Numbered from the stretch's first letter, positions 52,254 through 61,581 are shown. The stretch is 64,000 nucleotides of DNA from Parcubacteria group bacterium LiPW_30 (GCA_007375595.1 VMEP01000001.1:89274-153273), one strand, 5' to 3'. Translations and numbers: made by a program. Notes: generated by a model from the sequence alone, not told the origin.

Positions 52254-52945
52254 GATTTCGTGCCACTTATTCGAGACAGGAAACCTTCAATGACGCGATG
52301 AAGCTCCTCTGCAAGCTGTGACGCCCCAGTCAGAATCAAGGCGGAAAGCCGTGCCGTGGTCGAGTCATCAGACTGAGGAACCAACCACTCCAGCCGGCCA
52401 CAATGCTTCATCAGGTGGTCGATATGACTCTGATCCACATCTTTGGTCCCCTTCGACATAATGAGGACATCGGGGTGAATTTTTTCGACAAGCTCTTCCA
52501 GTCGTGCCCCCACATCGCGCACAGTCACGAGGTCAACGTGCCTGGTATGCAATAGCATCTCGACACGATCACCAAATGCATCAAACGGCCGAGCAGGTTC
52601 TCCTGGTTTTTGCTTTCGCTGCCGTGTCAATTCGTCAGAGTCGACACCAACCACGAGAAAGTCTCCCGCCGCTTTCGCTTTTTCAAGGTAACGAAAATGA
52701 CCCTTATGCGCCATATCGTATACACCCTGAGTCAGAACAACGACAAACCCTCCTTCCTGCAAATGCCTGACCACGCGAACCAACTCCTCGTGGTCTTGCA
52801 CAAATCGTGTTTCCTGATTCCTTTGGCGGAAATCAAAAAGATTCTTGACGATTCGGGCAAACCTTGTTTTCGGTGATACTTCCATACAAACAGAACCTTC
52901 TAATGGCGTGTTCATTCTAGACTCCTCGGTAAATGGAAAGGTCAA
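52250..52945 (-). CDS. cytidylyltransferase-like nucleotidyltransferase (HldE domain II / TagD family, HxGH motif)
   Basis: 231 aa; …VVVLTQGVYDMAHKGHFRYLEKAKAAGDFLVVGVDSDELTRQRK… aligns to heptose-1-P adenylyltransferase / G3P cytidylyltransferase core. Confidence 0.6.
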   Translation of the reverse strand: MTFPFTEESRMNTPLEGSVCMEVSPKTRFARIVKNLFDFRQRNQETRFVQDHEELVRVVRHLQEGGFVVVLTQGVYDMAHKGHFRYLEKAKAAGDFLVVGVDSDELTRQRKQKPGEPARPFDAFGDRVEMLLHTRHVDLVTVRDVGARLEELVEKIHPDVLIMSKGTKDVDQSHIDHLMKHCGRLEWLVPQSDDSTTARLSALILTGASQLAEELHRVIEGFLSRISGTKS

Positions 52946-53079
52946 ACTGCGTTAATTTATATTCCTTGAGATGCCAAAAGTAAACCCCCTACAAAAAACT
53001 TACTTTACTCCACCCTATTTTCTTTGTTAGTCTAAGCAAAGAAAGTCCTTCCCATATACACAAGAAATGGAGCGTCGAA

Positions 53080-53580
53080 ATGTCAAAACCACAACTTGCC
53101 GTAATTGCAGCAATCGAGGAAAAAACCAGAGCGATGGGTATCAACAACAAACTCCTCTGGAGGATCAGTGGCGACCTTCCAAGGTTCAAGGCGCTAACCG
53201 AAGGTCAGGTAATTATCATGGGGAAAAACACCTACCTCTCCATAGGTAGACCACTCCCAAATCGCCACAATATTGTCGTCAGTAAAACACTCGGGATGGT
53301 TTCGGGGATCGCTGTTGCCCACTACTTTGAGAACGCTATCGCATTTGCGAAAACTCTCAACTCCGAAAAGATATTTTTTATCGGAGGAGGAGAAATTTTC
53401 CGTGCGGCACTCCCGATCGCCGACATGCTTTATCTAACGCTCGTTCGCGACAACGAAGTAAAAGCTGATGCGTTTTTTCCTACCTACGAGAAATCATTCG
53501 TACAGGTCCCTGGTTCAGAAGAATCTCATCTCGACCATAGCCCGCCATTTCGTTATGTAGACTTTGTTCCCCGAAGATAA
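53080..53580 (+). CDS. folA: dihydrofolate reductase
   Basis: 166 aa; …LAVIAAIEEKTRAMGINNKLLWRISGDLPRFKALTEGQVIIMGKNTY… DHFR signature. Confidence 0.85.
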   Translation: MSKPQLAVIAAIEEKTRAMGINNKLLWRISGDLPRFKALTEGQVIIMGKNTYLSIGRPLPNRHNIVVSKTLGMVSGIAVAHYFENAIAFAKTLNSEKIFFIGGGEIFRAALPIADMLYLTLVRDNEVKADAFFPTYEKSFVQVPGSEESHLDHSPPFRYVDFVPRR

Positions 53581-53608
53581 CTTCGCGCTTCGTTTGCTCT
53601 AAACATCA

Positions 53609-53643
53609 AAAAAACCGATCACAGTTGTGATCGGTTTTTTCTA
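53609..53643. terminator. bidirectional terminator between folA and rplK (AAAACCGATCACAGTTGTGATCGGTTTT)
   Basis: Perfect palindromic stem with A/T flanks between convergent genes. Confidence 0.7.
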
Positions 53644-53658
53644 TTAAAGATTTATTTT

Positions 53659-54081
53659 CTATTTAACCTCAATTCCGGCAGAACGAGCGGAACCTTCGAT
53701 TATTTTCATTGCTGCTTCAATATCGTTTGCAGTTAAATCTGGCATTTTCTTTTCAGCAATTTCTTGTAACTGCTGTTTTGTTATTTTTCCAGCTTTTGTA
53801 ACTTTCTGTTTAGCAGCTCCTTTCTCAATACCAGCTGCTTTCAAGATAAGTCCTGTTACTGGAGGTGTCTTAACAACGAAATCAAATGTTCGATCTTCGT
53901 AAACGCGGACAACAACTGAAACTTTTTCTCCAACATTCTCTTTTGTTGCTTCATTAAATTTATTAACGAAATCTCCAATGTTCACTCCGGCCTGACCCAA
54001 GGCAGGTCCTAGTGGTGGCGCAGGTGTTGCTTTACCGGCCGCAATTTGTACTTTTATTTTTTTTGTTATTTTTTTTGCCAT
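53659..54081 (-). CDS. rplK: 50S ribosomal protein L11
   Basis: 140 aa; …[21 protein letters not shown]… L11 signature. Confidence 0.95.
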   Translation of the reverse strand: MAKKITKKIKVQIAAGKATPAPPLGPALGQAGVNIGDFVNKFNEATKENVGEKVSVVVRVYEDRTFDFVVKTPPVTGLILKAAGIEKGAAKQKVTKAGKITKQQLQEIAEKKMPDLTANDIEAAMKIIEGSARSAGIEVK

Positions 54082-54085
54082 ATAT

Positions 54086-54631
54086 TTATATTTTCTTTAC
54101 CTGAAGGAAATCAAGCTCAACTGGTGTCTCGCGACCGAACATCGAAACCAAAACCTTAACCTTGCCACGTTCGCTATCAACCTCAGAAACCCTCCCTTCA
54201 AGCTCCTTAAATGGGCCGTCGGTGATGGTGACCATTTCACCCTGTGTTAGGGCAATTGTATGCTTCACCGTATCAGATTTCATGCGAGCAAACAACCCAT
54301 CAACTTCTTTTTGATCTAGTGGAACTGGAGTTGTCCCTGCGCCAACGAAACCAGTCACACGTGGAGTGTTGCGAACAACATACCAAGAATCGTCTGTAAC
54401 AACCATATCAACGAGAACATATCCTGGGTAGATTTTCTCTTCGGTCTCAACACGCTTCCCTCCCTTTATCTTTATCTTCTTTTCAACTGGAACAATAATA
54501 TTAAAAATTTTATCTTCCATACCAAGAGACTCCACGCGCTGTTTTAGATTTCGCATAACGGCGTTTTCATATCCTGCATACGTGTGTATTGCGTACCAGT
54601 TTCTATCTAGATTTATTTCTTGCTTAGCCAT
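54086..54631 (-). CDS. nusG: transcription termination/antitermination factor NusG
   Basis: 181 aa; NGN domain ([14 protein letters not shown]) and C-terminal KOW. Confidence 0.9.
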   Translation of the reverse strand: MAKQEINLDRNWYAIHTYAGYENAVMRNLKQRVESLGMEDKIFNIIVPVEKKIKIKGGKRVETEEKIYPGYVLVDMVVTDDSWYVVRNTPRVTGFVGAGTTPVPLDQKEVDGLFARMKSDTVKHTIALTQGEMVTITDGPFKELEGRVSEVDSERGKVKVLVSMFGRETPVELDFLQVKKI

Positions 54632-54632
54632 G

Positions 54633-54815
54633 TTATTGCAAAATGAAAGTCTTTATCAAAAAAGTAAAACCGAAGTCAAAAGCACCAAGCCCATAGCCGA
54701 CGATTATCGAAATCAAAATAACAACGATGGTAAAAGCAATAGTCTGGGCTTTTGATGGCCAGCTAACATGCTTCATTTCGCCTTGTGTTTCCCTTAAATA
54801 TTCAGTTAATTTCAT
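54633..54815 (-). CDS. secE: preprotein translocase subunit SecE (60 aa; the track's 140-aa ORF is over-extended into the upstream repeat element)
   Basis: [22 protein letters not shown]…single TM…; canonical secE-nusG adjacency. Confidence 0.8.
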   Translation of the reverse strand: MKLTEYLRETQGEMKHVSWPSKAQTIAFTIVVILISIIVGYGLGAFDFGFTFLIKTFILQ

Positions 54816-54916
54816 ACTTTTAGTTAAAAACGCCCCCTCGGGCATTTGCACCACTCTACCTCTTATTCGAAAAAAGGTCAACCTGGCTTTTTTCCCTTTC
54901 AACCTAAGAGCACGGA

Positions 54917-54995
54917 TAATTTTCTGCTGAAAATTTCCTCGAGCTCGCGTCGCCACGCTCGCTAGTCTCTTAAGCTGAAAGGTTGAGTGGTATGT
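54917..54995. repeat. copy of the GGATAATTTTCTGCTGAAAATTTCC element plus CTCGCGTCGCCACGCT box, between a terminator and secE
   Basis: 26-nt identity to copies at 5510-5535/5698-5723/63637-63662; the CGCGTCGCCACGCT box recurs at 15486-15500. Confidence 0.6.
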
Positions 54996-55072
54996 TTCAA
55001 AAAGAAAAGAAACCCAAAAGACAAAAAACAGGGGTGACCCCTGTTTTTTTATCACACCTATTTTCGTCCTTA

Positions 55073-55891
55073 CTATTTAATTTCGTAGGAAATACTGACG
55101 TTAACGTTAATTTTATTCTCACCCTTTGCTATTTGTGGAGCAACACTTGCCTCTGAAGCATCTCCTCCCATCCCCATAGCTGATTTACTAAAGTAGATAG
55201 GATAATTTCCGTTACTTTCTGAAAAACTAACGACTCTCACCAACTTGACTCCCAACTCTTTTGCTAAAACATCAGCCTTGGCTTTAGCGTCATCAATTGC
55301 CTTCTTTCTCGCTTCGGCTTTCAAAGTGTCCTCATCATCTATCGCGAAATTAGGTCCAGAAATATCGCTAACTTTCAACTTCCCTAATCCTGCAATAATT
55401 TTTCCAGCATCATCGGTATTTCTTATCTTAACGCTAATTGTTTCTGAAACCTCATAACCAATTAGGGTTTGTCTTCCTGGTGGACAATAACCGGAAGCGC
55501 ATTGTTCTGTATCACGCTGATATTCATACTTAGGATAAGCATTGTAATTTGTCGTTTTTATATCCTTCTCCATAACCCCAGAGGTCTTTAAGAAATCAAT
55601 TGCTGAGTTCATGCGATCAGTAACATCTTTTTGAGCAAGCTCCATTGTCTTAGCATCCTTAGTTGCAGAAAAGGTTACTGTTGCGATATCTGGAACAGCA
55701 AACACCTCCCCTTCACCAGAGACAAAAATTGTACTACCAGCCTGAACACCGGTACCAATGTATTTATATTCTTTAAGAACAGATACGATTTGAGTAACAA
55801 GATAAATCGCTAACAAAAAACCAACAAGTTGCACTACCCCAAATAATTTAACCTTCTCTTTAATCAAAATTTCATTATTTGAATTATCCAT
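55073..55891 (-). CDS. SIMPL-domain (DUF541, YggE-like) membrane-anchored protein
   Basis: 272 aa; N-terminal TM; SIMPL family pattern (…TVTFSATKDAKTMELAQKD… …LKAEARKKAIDDAKAKADVLAKELGVKL…). Confidence 0.6.
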   Translation of the reverse strand: MDNSNNEILIKEKVKLFGVVQLVGFLLAIYLVTQIVSVLKEYKYIGTGVQAGSTIFVSGEGEVFAVPDIATVTFSATKDAKTMELAQKDVTDRMNSAIDFLKTSGVMEKDIKTTNYNAYPKYEYQRDTEQCASGYCPPGRQTLIGYEVSETISVKIRNTDDAGKIIAGLGKLKVSDISGPNFAIDDEDTLKAEARKKAIDDAKAKADVLAKELGVKLVRVVSFSESNGNYPIYFSKSAMGMGGDASEASVAPQIAKGENKINVNVSISYEIK

Positions 55892-55923
55892 AAAAATTAT
55901 TTAATTAAACTAATAAATTAAAC

Positions 55924-56430
55924 CTATACCACTTCCTTATTTTGTAAATATTGAAACCATATTGTAGCACCAAGAATGAAAAGTGTCGTTGATGCAACCG
56001 CGGAGAGAAGACAATAAAAACAAAAGGCCTTAATTACAAAAGCTTGCAGGTAAACGAAGTAAACCGAGGCTAGAAAACCAACCACTGAAAAAACAGAAAA
56101 TAGCTTCATCGCTCCCTGTTGTTTTGTTTCAAAATAGAAAATTGCAAGCAAAATAACTGAAAGGTAATAAAATATTCCCAAAGCTGACAAAGGAACACCA
56201 AACAAAAGTGCGTAAGGGCTCTGCGCCACCGTGTCACACCCAGTAAAAACAAAACATGGAATTGGTCCCCCAACAAAACGTTTGGCCGTAAGATATACCG
56301 AATCTAAAAACCCAGTAAAACCGATTAAAGTAATTCCGAGAAGAAAAATATTAGGAATTATCTGTGATTGCTTGATTGATTGTGTTTCGAAAATCTTCAT
56401 AACTTTGTGGATTTTGTATTTTTTTACCAT
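55924..56430 (-). CDS. vitamin K epoxide reductase (VKOR) family membrane oxidoreductase
   Basis: 168 aa; loop Cys pair (PCFVFTGC) and CFYC active-site motif in TM4. Confidence 0.7.
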   Translation of the reverse strand: MVKKYKIHKVMKIFETQSIKQSQIIPNIFLLGITLIGFTGFLDSVYLTAKRFVGGPIPCFVFTGCDTVAQSPYALLFGVPLSALGIFYYLSVILLAIFYFETKQQGAMKLFSVFSVVGFLASVYFVYLQAFVIKAFCFYCLLSAVASTTLFILGATIWFQYLQNKEVV

Positions 56431-57088
56431 TTATAAAAAATGATGGTGTAGAATTAAGGCCCATTTTGATTGATACCTTATAAGCATTAATTGCTTTTTC
56501 TTTCCCCTCTTTTGAATCTAGATTCTTCGTGAATTCTTCAACGTTAAGATCTAGTTCTTTTGCGTAATCAATAAATATTTCTCTTGCCTTTGGATTATTT
56601 GCCCAAGTAGTCTGGTTTTCAAAAAGCTTATCGTGCATTTGCCAAAACTTACCCTGTAAACCAGCAGACTCTGAAGCCGAGACAGCAAGAGCTGCTTGGA
56701 AATGTGTCTCTATTAGAGGGAAGTGTCGATAAACAAACTTAACCTTGTCTCCGAAATCTTCATCCATTAACTTTTTTACAACCTCATAATATGCGGCACA
56801 AGCTGGACACTGAAAATCACTGTACTCAACTATCACTACAGTACTATTTTCATTTCCCCTAACCCAATCACTTGCTGTGACTTCTGGAATACTACCGATA
56901 GTAACGTTTGAAGTGCTTCCGTTCTTAACAGACCAAACAATTCCCGCTGTTGCTCCGATAATGACAAACAACGTAACCCCCCAAAGAATTGCCTGTTTTA
57001 TCATTCTTTTCTGCGCTTTGGCCCTATCAGCTTCACGCTTTTCTTCTTTTTTTGTCTTCATCGAGACATCTTTGTTTTCTTCTATCAT
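56351..57088 (-). CDS. DsbA-like thioredoxin-fold protein, membrane-anchored (start trimmed to MIEENK; overlaps VKOR start region)
   Basis: CPAC active site within thioredoxin fold (…YSDFQCPACAAYY…). Confidence 0.65.
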   Translation of the reverse strand: MIEENKDVSMKTKKEEKREADRAKAQKRMIKQAILWGVTLFVIIGATAGIVWSVKNGSTSNVTIGSIPEVTASDWVRGNENSTVVIVEYSDFQCPACAAYYEVVKKLMDEDFGDKVKFVYRHFPLIETHFQAALAVSASESAGLQGKFWQMHDKLFENQTTWANNPKAREIFIDYAKELDLNVEEFTKNLDSKEGKEKAINAYKVSIKMGLNSTPSFFINGKKIQNPQSYEDFRNTINQAITDNS

Positions 57089-57176
57089 GTTCGACACATA
57101 ATACCAAACAAAATAATTAAAACAAAAAACACCATTTTGTATGGTGTTTTTTTGTTTTAATTTATCTACTCTTAAC

Positions 57177-57614
57177 TTATTTGTGCATTTCGCACTTTTC
57201 GCCACCACACTTCTCGCAATCAGAAGAATCGCATCGTGGGCAACCGGCAATCATCAAAAGACCGCCAACTATTGCAAGATTTTTTAATGTTGTAACCATT
57301 TGTCCTGCATCCCCTGCAAGCCATCCCTTGAAATGGAAAATGTATGTCGCAACAATTGTAAACAAAACTAATGCCCATGCTGCGCAACGCTTTCCCCAAG
57401 AACCCAAAACAATGAGCACGCCAGCAATAAGTTCAAGCAAACCCGCTGCCCAAGCTAGAAACACTGGATATGGTAGTCCGGCACTTGCGATATAGCCTGC
57501 TGTCCCCTCAATACCAGTTAATTTGTTGTAACCAGCATAAATGAACAATGCTGCCACGAGCACACGGATTGCTACCTTACAAAAACACTTTCCTTCACAT
57601 TTTCCTCCCATCAT
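57177..57614 (-). CDS. DoxX-family membrane protein with Cys-rich C-terminal tail
   Basis: 145 aa; DoxX TM pattern; tail CPRCDSSDCEKCGGEKCEMHK and N-terminal CEGKCFC. Confidence 0.6.
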   Translation of the reverse strand: MMGGKCEGKCFCKVAIRVLVAALFIYAGYNKLTGIEGTAGYIASAGLPYPVFLAWAAGLLELIAGVLIVLGSWGKRCAAWALVLFTIVATYIFHFKGWLAGDAGQMVTTLKNLAIVGGLLMIAGCPRCDSSDCEKCGGEKCEMHK

Positions 57615-57704
57615 ATATTTATATTTTTAATAATAACTATTAATTTTTTTCAAAATATATTATACCAAGTGCAAAAATTCGGCGCCACACAGATGAAGCT
57701 ATTC

Positions 57705-58334
57705 TTATTTTTCAACGAACTCCGAAACTTCCCCAAATAATTTTATATTTCCATCTGAATAAAACATGCCGTCCCCGTCTTTGCAGATATATATCTTTGT
57801 CTTTTTCCTCTCGACATATTCGGACAAAAAAGAATAGTCACTTTCGGAAAAATGCGGGTGAAATTCAAAATCCACAAAACCAAACCCTTTTGTATCTTTT
57901 AAATTCGGAGTATTTTCATCTTCAATAAAAGCTAAATCGATAGACAGTGTCATCATAATAGACCCAGCACTGGCACCAATAACTAATCCATCATTCTTCA
58001 GATGTTTTTCCAAAATTGAATATAAATTCCTTTTTTTTGCATCACTCATAAAAACATAGGTATTACCCCCGGAGAGATAAATAACCCCATACTTTAGTAA
58101 CCCGTCTATGTCTTCGTCGGAAAAACTTTCGGATAAATCAAAATAATCAACCTGTATATCATTGTTGATTTCTTTGTAATCTTTTATAGTTGAAAGGTAA
58201 TAAGGTTTATCTTCCTCTTGTGGTTCGGAAGAAATATAAGCAACAATATTTCCTCTTTTGGAAATCTCTTCCTTGAGAGAATCTCTTAGGTCACTATTTA
58301 AATTGTCCGTCATACTAAGAAAAAAAATTTTCAT
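57705..58334 (-). CDS. peptidase S51 (dipeptidase E)-like / class I glutamine amidotransferase-fold protein
   Basis: 209 aa; …VIYLSGGNT… and …VIGASAGS… nucleophile-elbow motifs. Confidence 0.5.
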   Translation of the reverse strand: MKIFFLSMTDNLNSDLRDSLKEEISKRGNIVAYISSEPQEEDKPYYLSTIKDYKEINNDIQVDYFDLSESFSDEDIDGLLKYGVIYLSGGNTYVFMSDAKKRNLYSILEKHLKNDGLVIGASAGSIMMTLSIDLAFIEDENTPNLKDTKGFGFVDFEFHPHFSESDYSFLSEYVERKKTKIYICKDGDGMFYSDGNIKLFGEVSEFVEK

Positions 58335-58355
58335 AAATAAAGTATATCAAATTAG

Positions 58356-60077
58356 CTACGAAAGCATTCTCACTAACCTCAAATCTTCAAACGAATACTT
58401 TCCTTTAAATTTCTCAAAAACTGGAGTTAATTTACCGTCGTCGTTTTTCTTGAATTCCTTCTTTATTTCAGGGATAACTTTGATTGTTTTACCTGAAATC
58501 ATTTTTTCGATATCTTTACTTGAAATCTTTTTTTCTTCGTGCAATTTTTCTACATGAGAGATAATCGTTGATTCTGTAAGCCCCCGCTTCTTAGAGATAT
58601 CTTTGAGATCTCCTCCTTCTTTAATGAGGGCTAGAGTTTCGTCATAAGTTGATATTTTAGATTTTTTTCTCAATTTACTGTTACCAAATATTTCATTTTC
58701 TTTTTTGGACACACCGACAAATTCTCCGTCACACGCCGCAATAAAATTATTATGCATTTTTAAAATTTCCTCTTTGGAAATCTTTTCAAAACCATTGCTT
58801 GCCTCATCAGACAAAAAACGAAACGACTCATCTTTAGCTAAAATTTCAGGATGCACTTGAAAAGTCCTCGCATTCCAACCAAGGAGATGTAGTCCGGAAA
58901 GCCTTCGTACGCGAGAAAGGGCCACGTAGCCTTGCCCAAACTCAAAAACCTGAGATAGATCCATAACGGCCTCGTCTAAGCTCATTCCCTGGCTTTTGTG
59001 CACCGTAATCGCCCAAGCAAGTCGTAGTGGCACCTGAACAATTCTCGCGCGAACAACCCCATTTTCTTCAACCACCCATTCAAGCGGAGCAACCTCAATC
59101 GTCATCCCGTTTCTTGTTTTAACCAAAGGCTGACCGCTCGTTCTTGAAAAACCAACTACCGTTCCTAGTGTTCCATTAACAAAACCATCTCGCATATTAT
59201 TTTTTGTGAACATAACCGAAGCACCAACCTTAAGCGCTAATCTCTCTGGAGACAAACAACCTTTTATAAGAGCAGTAACCAAAGCTGGCGCTCCTTGCGA
59301 AGACATTTCAAAAACACGCTCTTCGTTTTCAATCTTTAAAAGAGTATCGTCGTTCACACGATCAACGTCGGCATTGTGTGAAAAAAGTTTTGGCACTCCT
59401 TTCGGGGCCGAGCTATGTGCTATTTTTCGCTTTTCAATATGCCCCATGTGCTCCTCGTCAAAATCATTACTTCGAATTGCAGATAAAATGGAAAGAAAAA
59501 TATCATCGTCCTGGCGATGTTGCTCCGTGAGATAACAAACAATCGGGCGAGCCTTCTCCCAAGCTGTCGAATCACAAGCAAAGCGCGCAACCGGACTTTC
59601 AATTAAAAGACCCTGTCTATCTTCACTTCTACCCACTCTAACGATTGGTGGAAGTTGGAAAAAATCACCAACAAAAACAACTTGTAGCCCCCCGAATGGT
59701 TCGGAGTTTTGTTTAACCTCTCTACAAACAGCATCAACCATAGAAAGCGTTTCTGCAGAAAGCATCGAAACCTCGTCAATAATTAAAATCTTTGTGCGAC
59801 GAAGGCGTTTACTAATGTGTTCACTTCCGGCAATTTTATCTAAATCATATTTATCGAGTTTATTTTTTATCCCGATTCCACTCCAAGAATGGATTGTCAT
59901 TCCTCCTATGTGCGTTGCAGCGATTCCAGTAGAAGCAGTGATTGCCGGATCAATATTATAAGAATGCAGGTATTTAACATACTCATTTACCGTATGAGTT
60001 TTACCGCTACCAGGCTCACCTGTTAGAAAAACATTAGCGCCAGTTTTTAGAATATTAAGCGCTTCGTCTTGTGTCAT
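58356..60077 (-). CDS. PIF1/RecD-like superfamily I DNA helicase with C-terminal HTH repeats
   Basis: 573 aa; Walker A GEPGSGKT, Walker B LIIDEVSM, helicase motifs; C-terminal helix-turn-helix-like segments. Confidence 0.7.
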   Translation of the reverse strand: MTQDEALNILKTGANVFLTGEPGSGKTHTVNEYVKYLHSYNIDPAITASTGIAATHIGGMTIHSWSGIGIKNKLDKYDLDKIAGSEHISKRLRRTKILIIDEVSMLSAETLSMVDAVCREVKQNSEPFGGLQVVFVGDFFQLPPIVRVGRSEDRQGLLIESPVARFACDSTAWEKARPIVCYLTEQHRQDDDIFLSILSAIRSNDFDEEHMGHIEKRKIAHSSAPKGVPKLFSHNADVDRVNDDTLLKIENEERVFEMSSQGAPALVTALIKGCLSPERLALKVGASVMFTKNNMRDGFVNGTLGTVVGFSRTSGQPLVKTRNGMTIEVAPLEWVVEENGVVRARIVQVPLRLAWAITVHKSQGMSLDEAVMDLSQVFEFGQGYVALSRVRRLSGLHLLGWNARTFQVHPEILAKDESFRFLSDEASNGFEKISKEEILKMHNNFIAACDGEFVGVSKKENEIFGNSKLRKKSKISTYDETLALIKEGGDLKDISKKRGLTESTIISHVEKLHEEKKISSKDIEKMISGKTIKVIPEIKKEFKKNDDGKLTPVFEKFKGKYSFEDLRLVRMLS

Positions 60078-60116
60078 AAAGCGATTATAGCAGATGGCTT
60101 TGCATCTTATTTTTAA

Positions 60117-60686
60117 TTAAAAACGCACAGTTTTCACCATCTCCTCAAAGTCGGTAAGTATTTTATCTTTTGGATCATTATAAAAAGCGGTAAACATGTA
60201 AACAAAATTTTGTCGCGCAATAACGATATTTTTATTTTCATATAAACCAGATGCGTGATATGAAAGCGCGGATTCTCCCGCAATAGTAGTTTCAGAAATA
60301 ACACCGTCTGATAATTTAAAGTTTGAAAAACTTGTTCCTTCTATAAAACTACGCGCGGTGTAATTATCTAAATTGTTTTGGAAAATTCCAATGGTAATCG
60401 TTGGTGGGCCATCTCTCTCTGGAGTAGAAACACCTGAAACCAAATCTCTATTCTCCTTAGTATCTTCCATAAACACGATAGTGTACCTTTCACGTTCTCC
60501 TGAACCTTCTTCTGTTATTTCATGAGCAATAAAATATCCATCTGGCACAGAAAAACTAATACCAAACTTTTCAGATACGTATTGCTCTTCTTTTGCTGGA
60601 GCACTTACCTTCTCGACAAAAAGAAGCCACGCAATAAAACTCGCTATTAAAACAAAACCTGTAAAAATTAATATATTCTTTTTCAT
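60117..60686 (-). CDS. hypothetical exported protein
   Basis: 189 aa; N-terminal signal/TM. Confidence 0.4.
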   Translation of the reverse strand: MKKNILIFTGFVLIASFIAWLLFVEKVSAPAKEEQYVSEKFGISFSVPDGYFIAHEITEEGSGERERYTIVFMEDTKENRDLVSGVSTPERDGPPTITIGIFQNNLDNYTARSFIEGTSFSNFKLSDGVISETTIAGESALSYHASGLYENKNIVIARQNFVYMFTAFYNDPKDKILTDFEEMVKTVRF

Positions 60687-60711
60687 ATTTTAAAAAATAA
60701 AATAACCGTTA

Positions 60712-61167
60712 CTAATTTCTGTTTTTAAACTCTTCTCTTACCTCCATCCAAAGTTTACCAAGATGGTTTTCGCCGTCTTTGTTTGGCCCCCAACCCCAAA
60801 AATCATCTCGCCACGAATCTTCAATTAATTCTTTGTCACCAGACTCCAAAAGCTTCTTTTTAACATAAGGGTGTTGAATAACTTTCGCCCTTAAAATATC
60901 TTTCATCACATCAAGTTTTACCTCATTCCAATCTTTTCTTTGTTTATCTTTATTAGCATTGGCGAGTTTCTGTGAGTCGTGCGCTGAGCGGGTATTTCTT
61001 ATTTGTTCTTTTAGCTCTTCGTCTTCAAATTTTTCTGAATGATAGGCATGTTCTGAGGTTGGATAAAGTTTCCCTTTCCATTCCAACATAAAAGAAGAGT
61101 AGTTGGAAAAAACATAAAACTCATGTTCGTAAAAGAAAATCTGTTTTTCTGTATCATTTCCGTGCAT
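60712..61167 (-). CDS. NADAR-domain (YbiA-like, DUF1768) protein
   Basis: 151 aa; …FYEHEFYVFSNYSSFMLEWKGKLYPTSEHAYHSEKF… NADAR signature. Confidence 0.65.
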   Translation of the reverse strand: MHGNDTEKQIFFYEHEFYVFSNYSSFMLEWKGKLYPTSEHAYHSEKFEDEELKEQIRNTRSAHDSQKLANANKDKQRKDWNEVKLDVMKDILRAKVIQHPYVKKKLLESGDKELIEDSWRDDFWGWGPNKDGENHLGKLWMEVREEFKNRN

Positions 61168-61477
61168 ATCAAGACTCTATCAAGTTATGGGGTAGATGTC
61201 ATTTAGGCTTGTTCATGATTTTGGGGTGCCTATCGGTTTGGTCACGAGTTACTAATTCTCTTCGCTCATAAGTACTCACTGTCACGCATAATTTCTTGCT
61301 AGAAATTTGCGCGACTCCGACTCGGCTCGCCCAGCCTCCGTCTCTCAATTGCTTCACTTCTCGCAATTAAGCCCGCCTCGCGCTGTCGCAGAGCGACATG
61401 CTCCGTCTTTCAAATCCCGCTCGCAAGCAAAGCCCGTCCGAACGGATTTATCCGGGCGGGCAGTTTGCTTGCTTAGA

Positions 61478-61503
61478 CACCCAACACAAAGACCGCCTTA
61501 CGG
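61478..61503 (-). terminator. hairpin terminator downstream of tRNA-His (AAAGACCGCCGTAAGGCGGTCTTT)
   Basis: 10-bp stem immediately 3' of the tRNA. Confidence 0.5.
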
Positions 61504-61506
61504 CGG

Positions 61507-61581
61507 TCTTTGTTCTTGGGTGCCTATCGGGATTTGAACCCGAACTGAGAGTTCCACAAACTCTAGTGCTAACCATTACAC
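61507..61581 (-). tRNA. tRNA-His (GTG) with G-1 and encoded CCA
   Basis: Reverse complement folds as cloverleaf: G-1, acceptor GTGCCTA/TAGGCAC, anticodon loop TTGTGGA (GTG), T-arm TCGGG-TTCAAAT-CCCGA, discriminator C then CCA. Confidence 0.8.

Noticed and set aside
54816-55055. The 5' 80 codons of the track's 140-aa ORF at 54633..55055
   Set aside because: Canonical SecE is ~60 aa and begins at MKLTEY (54815). The extension runs through a terminator hairpin and a copy of the dispersed repeat element, so it is a read-through artefact.
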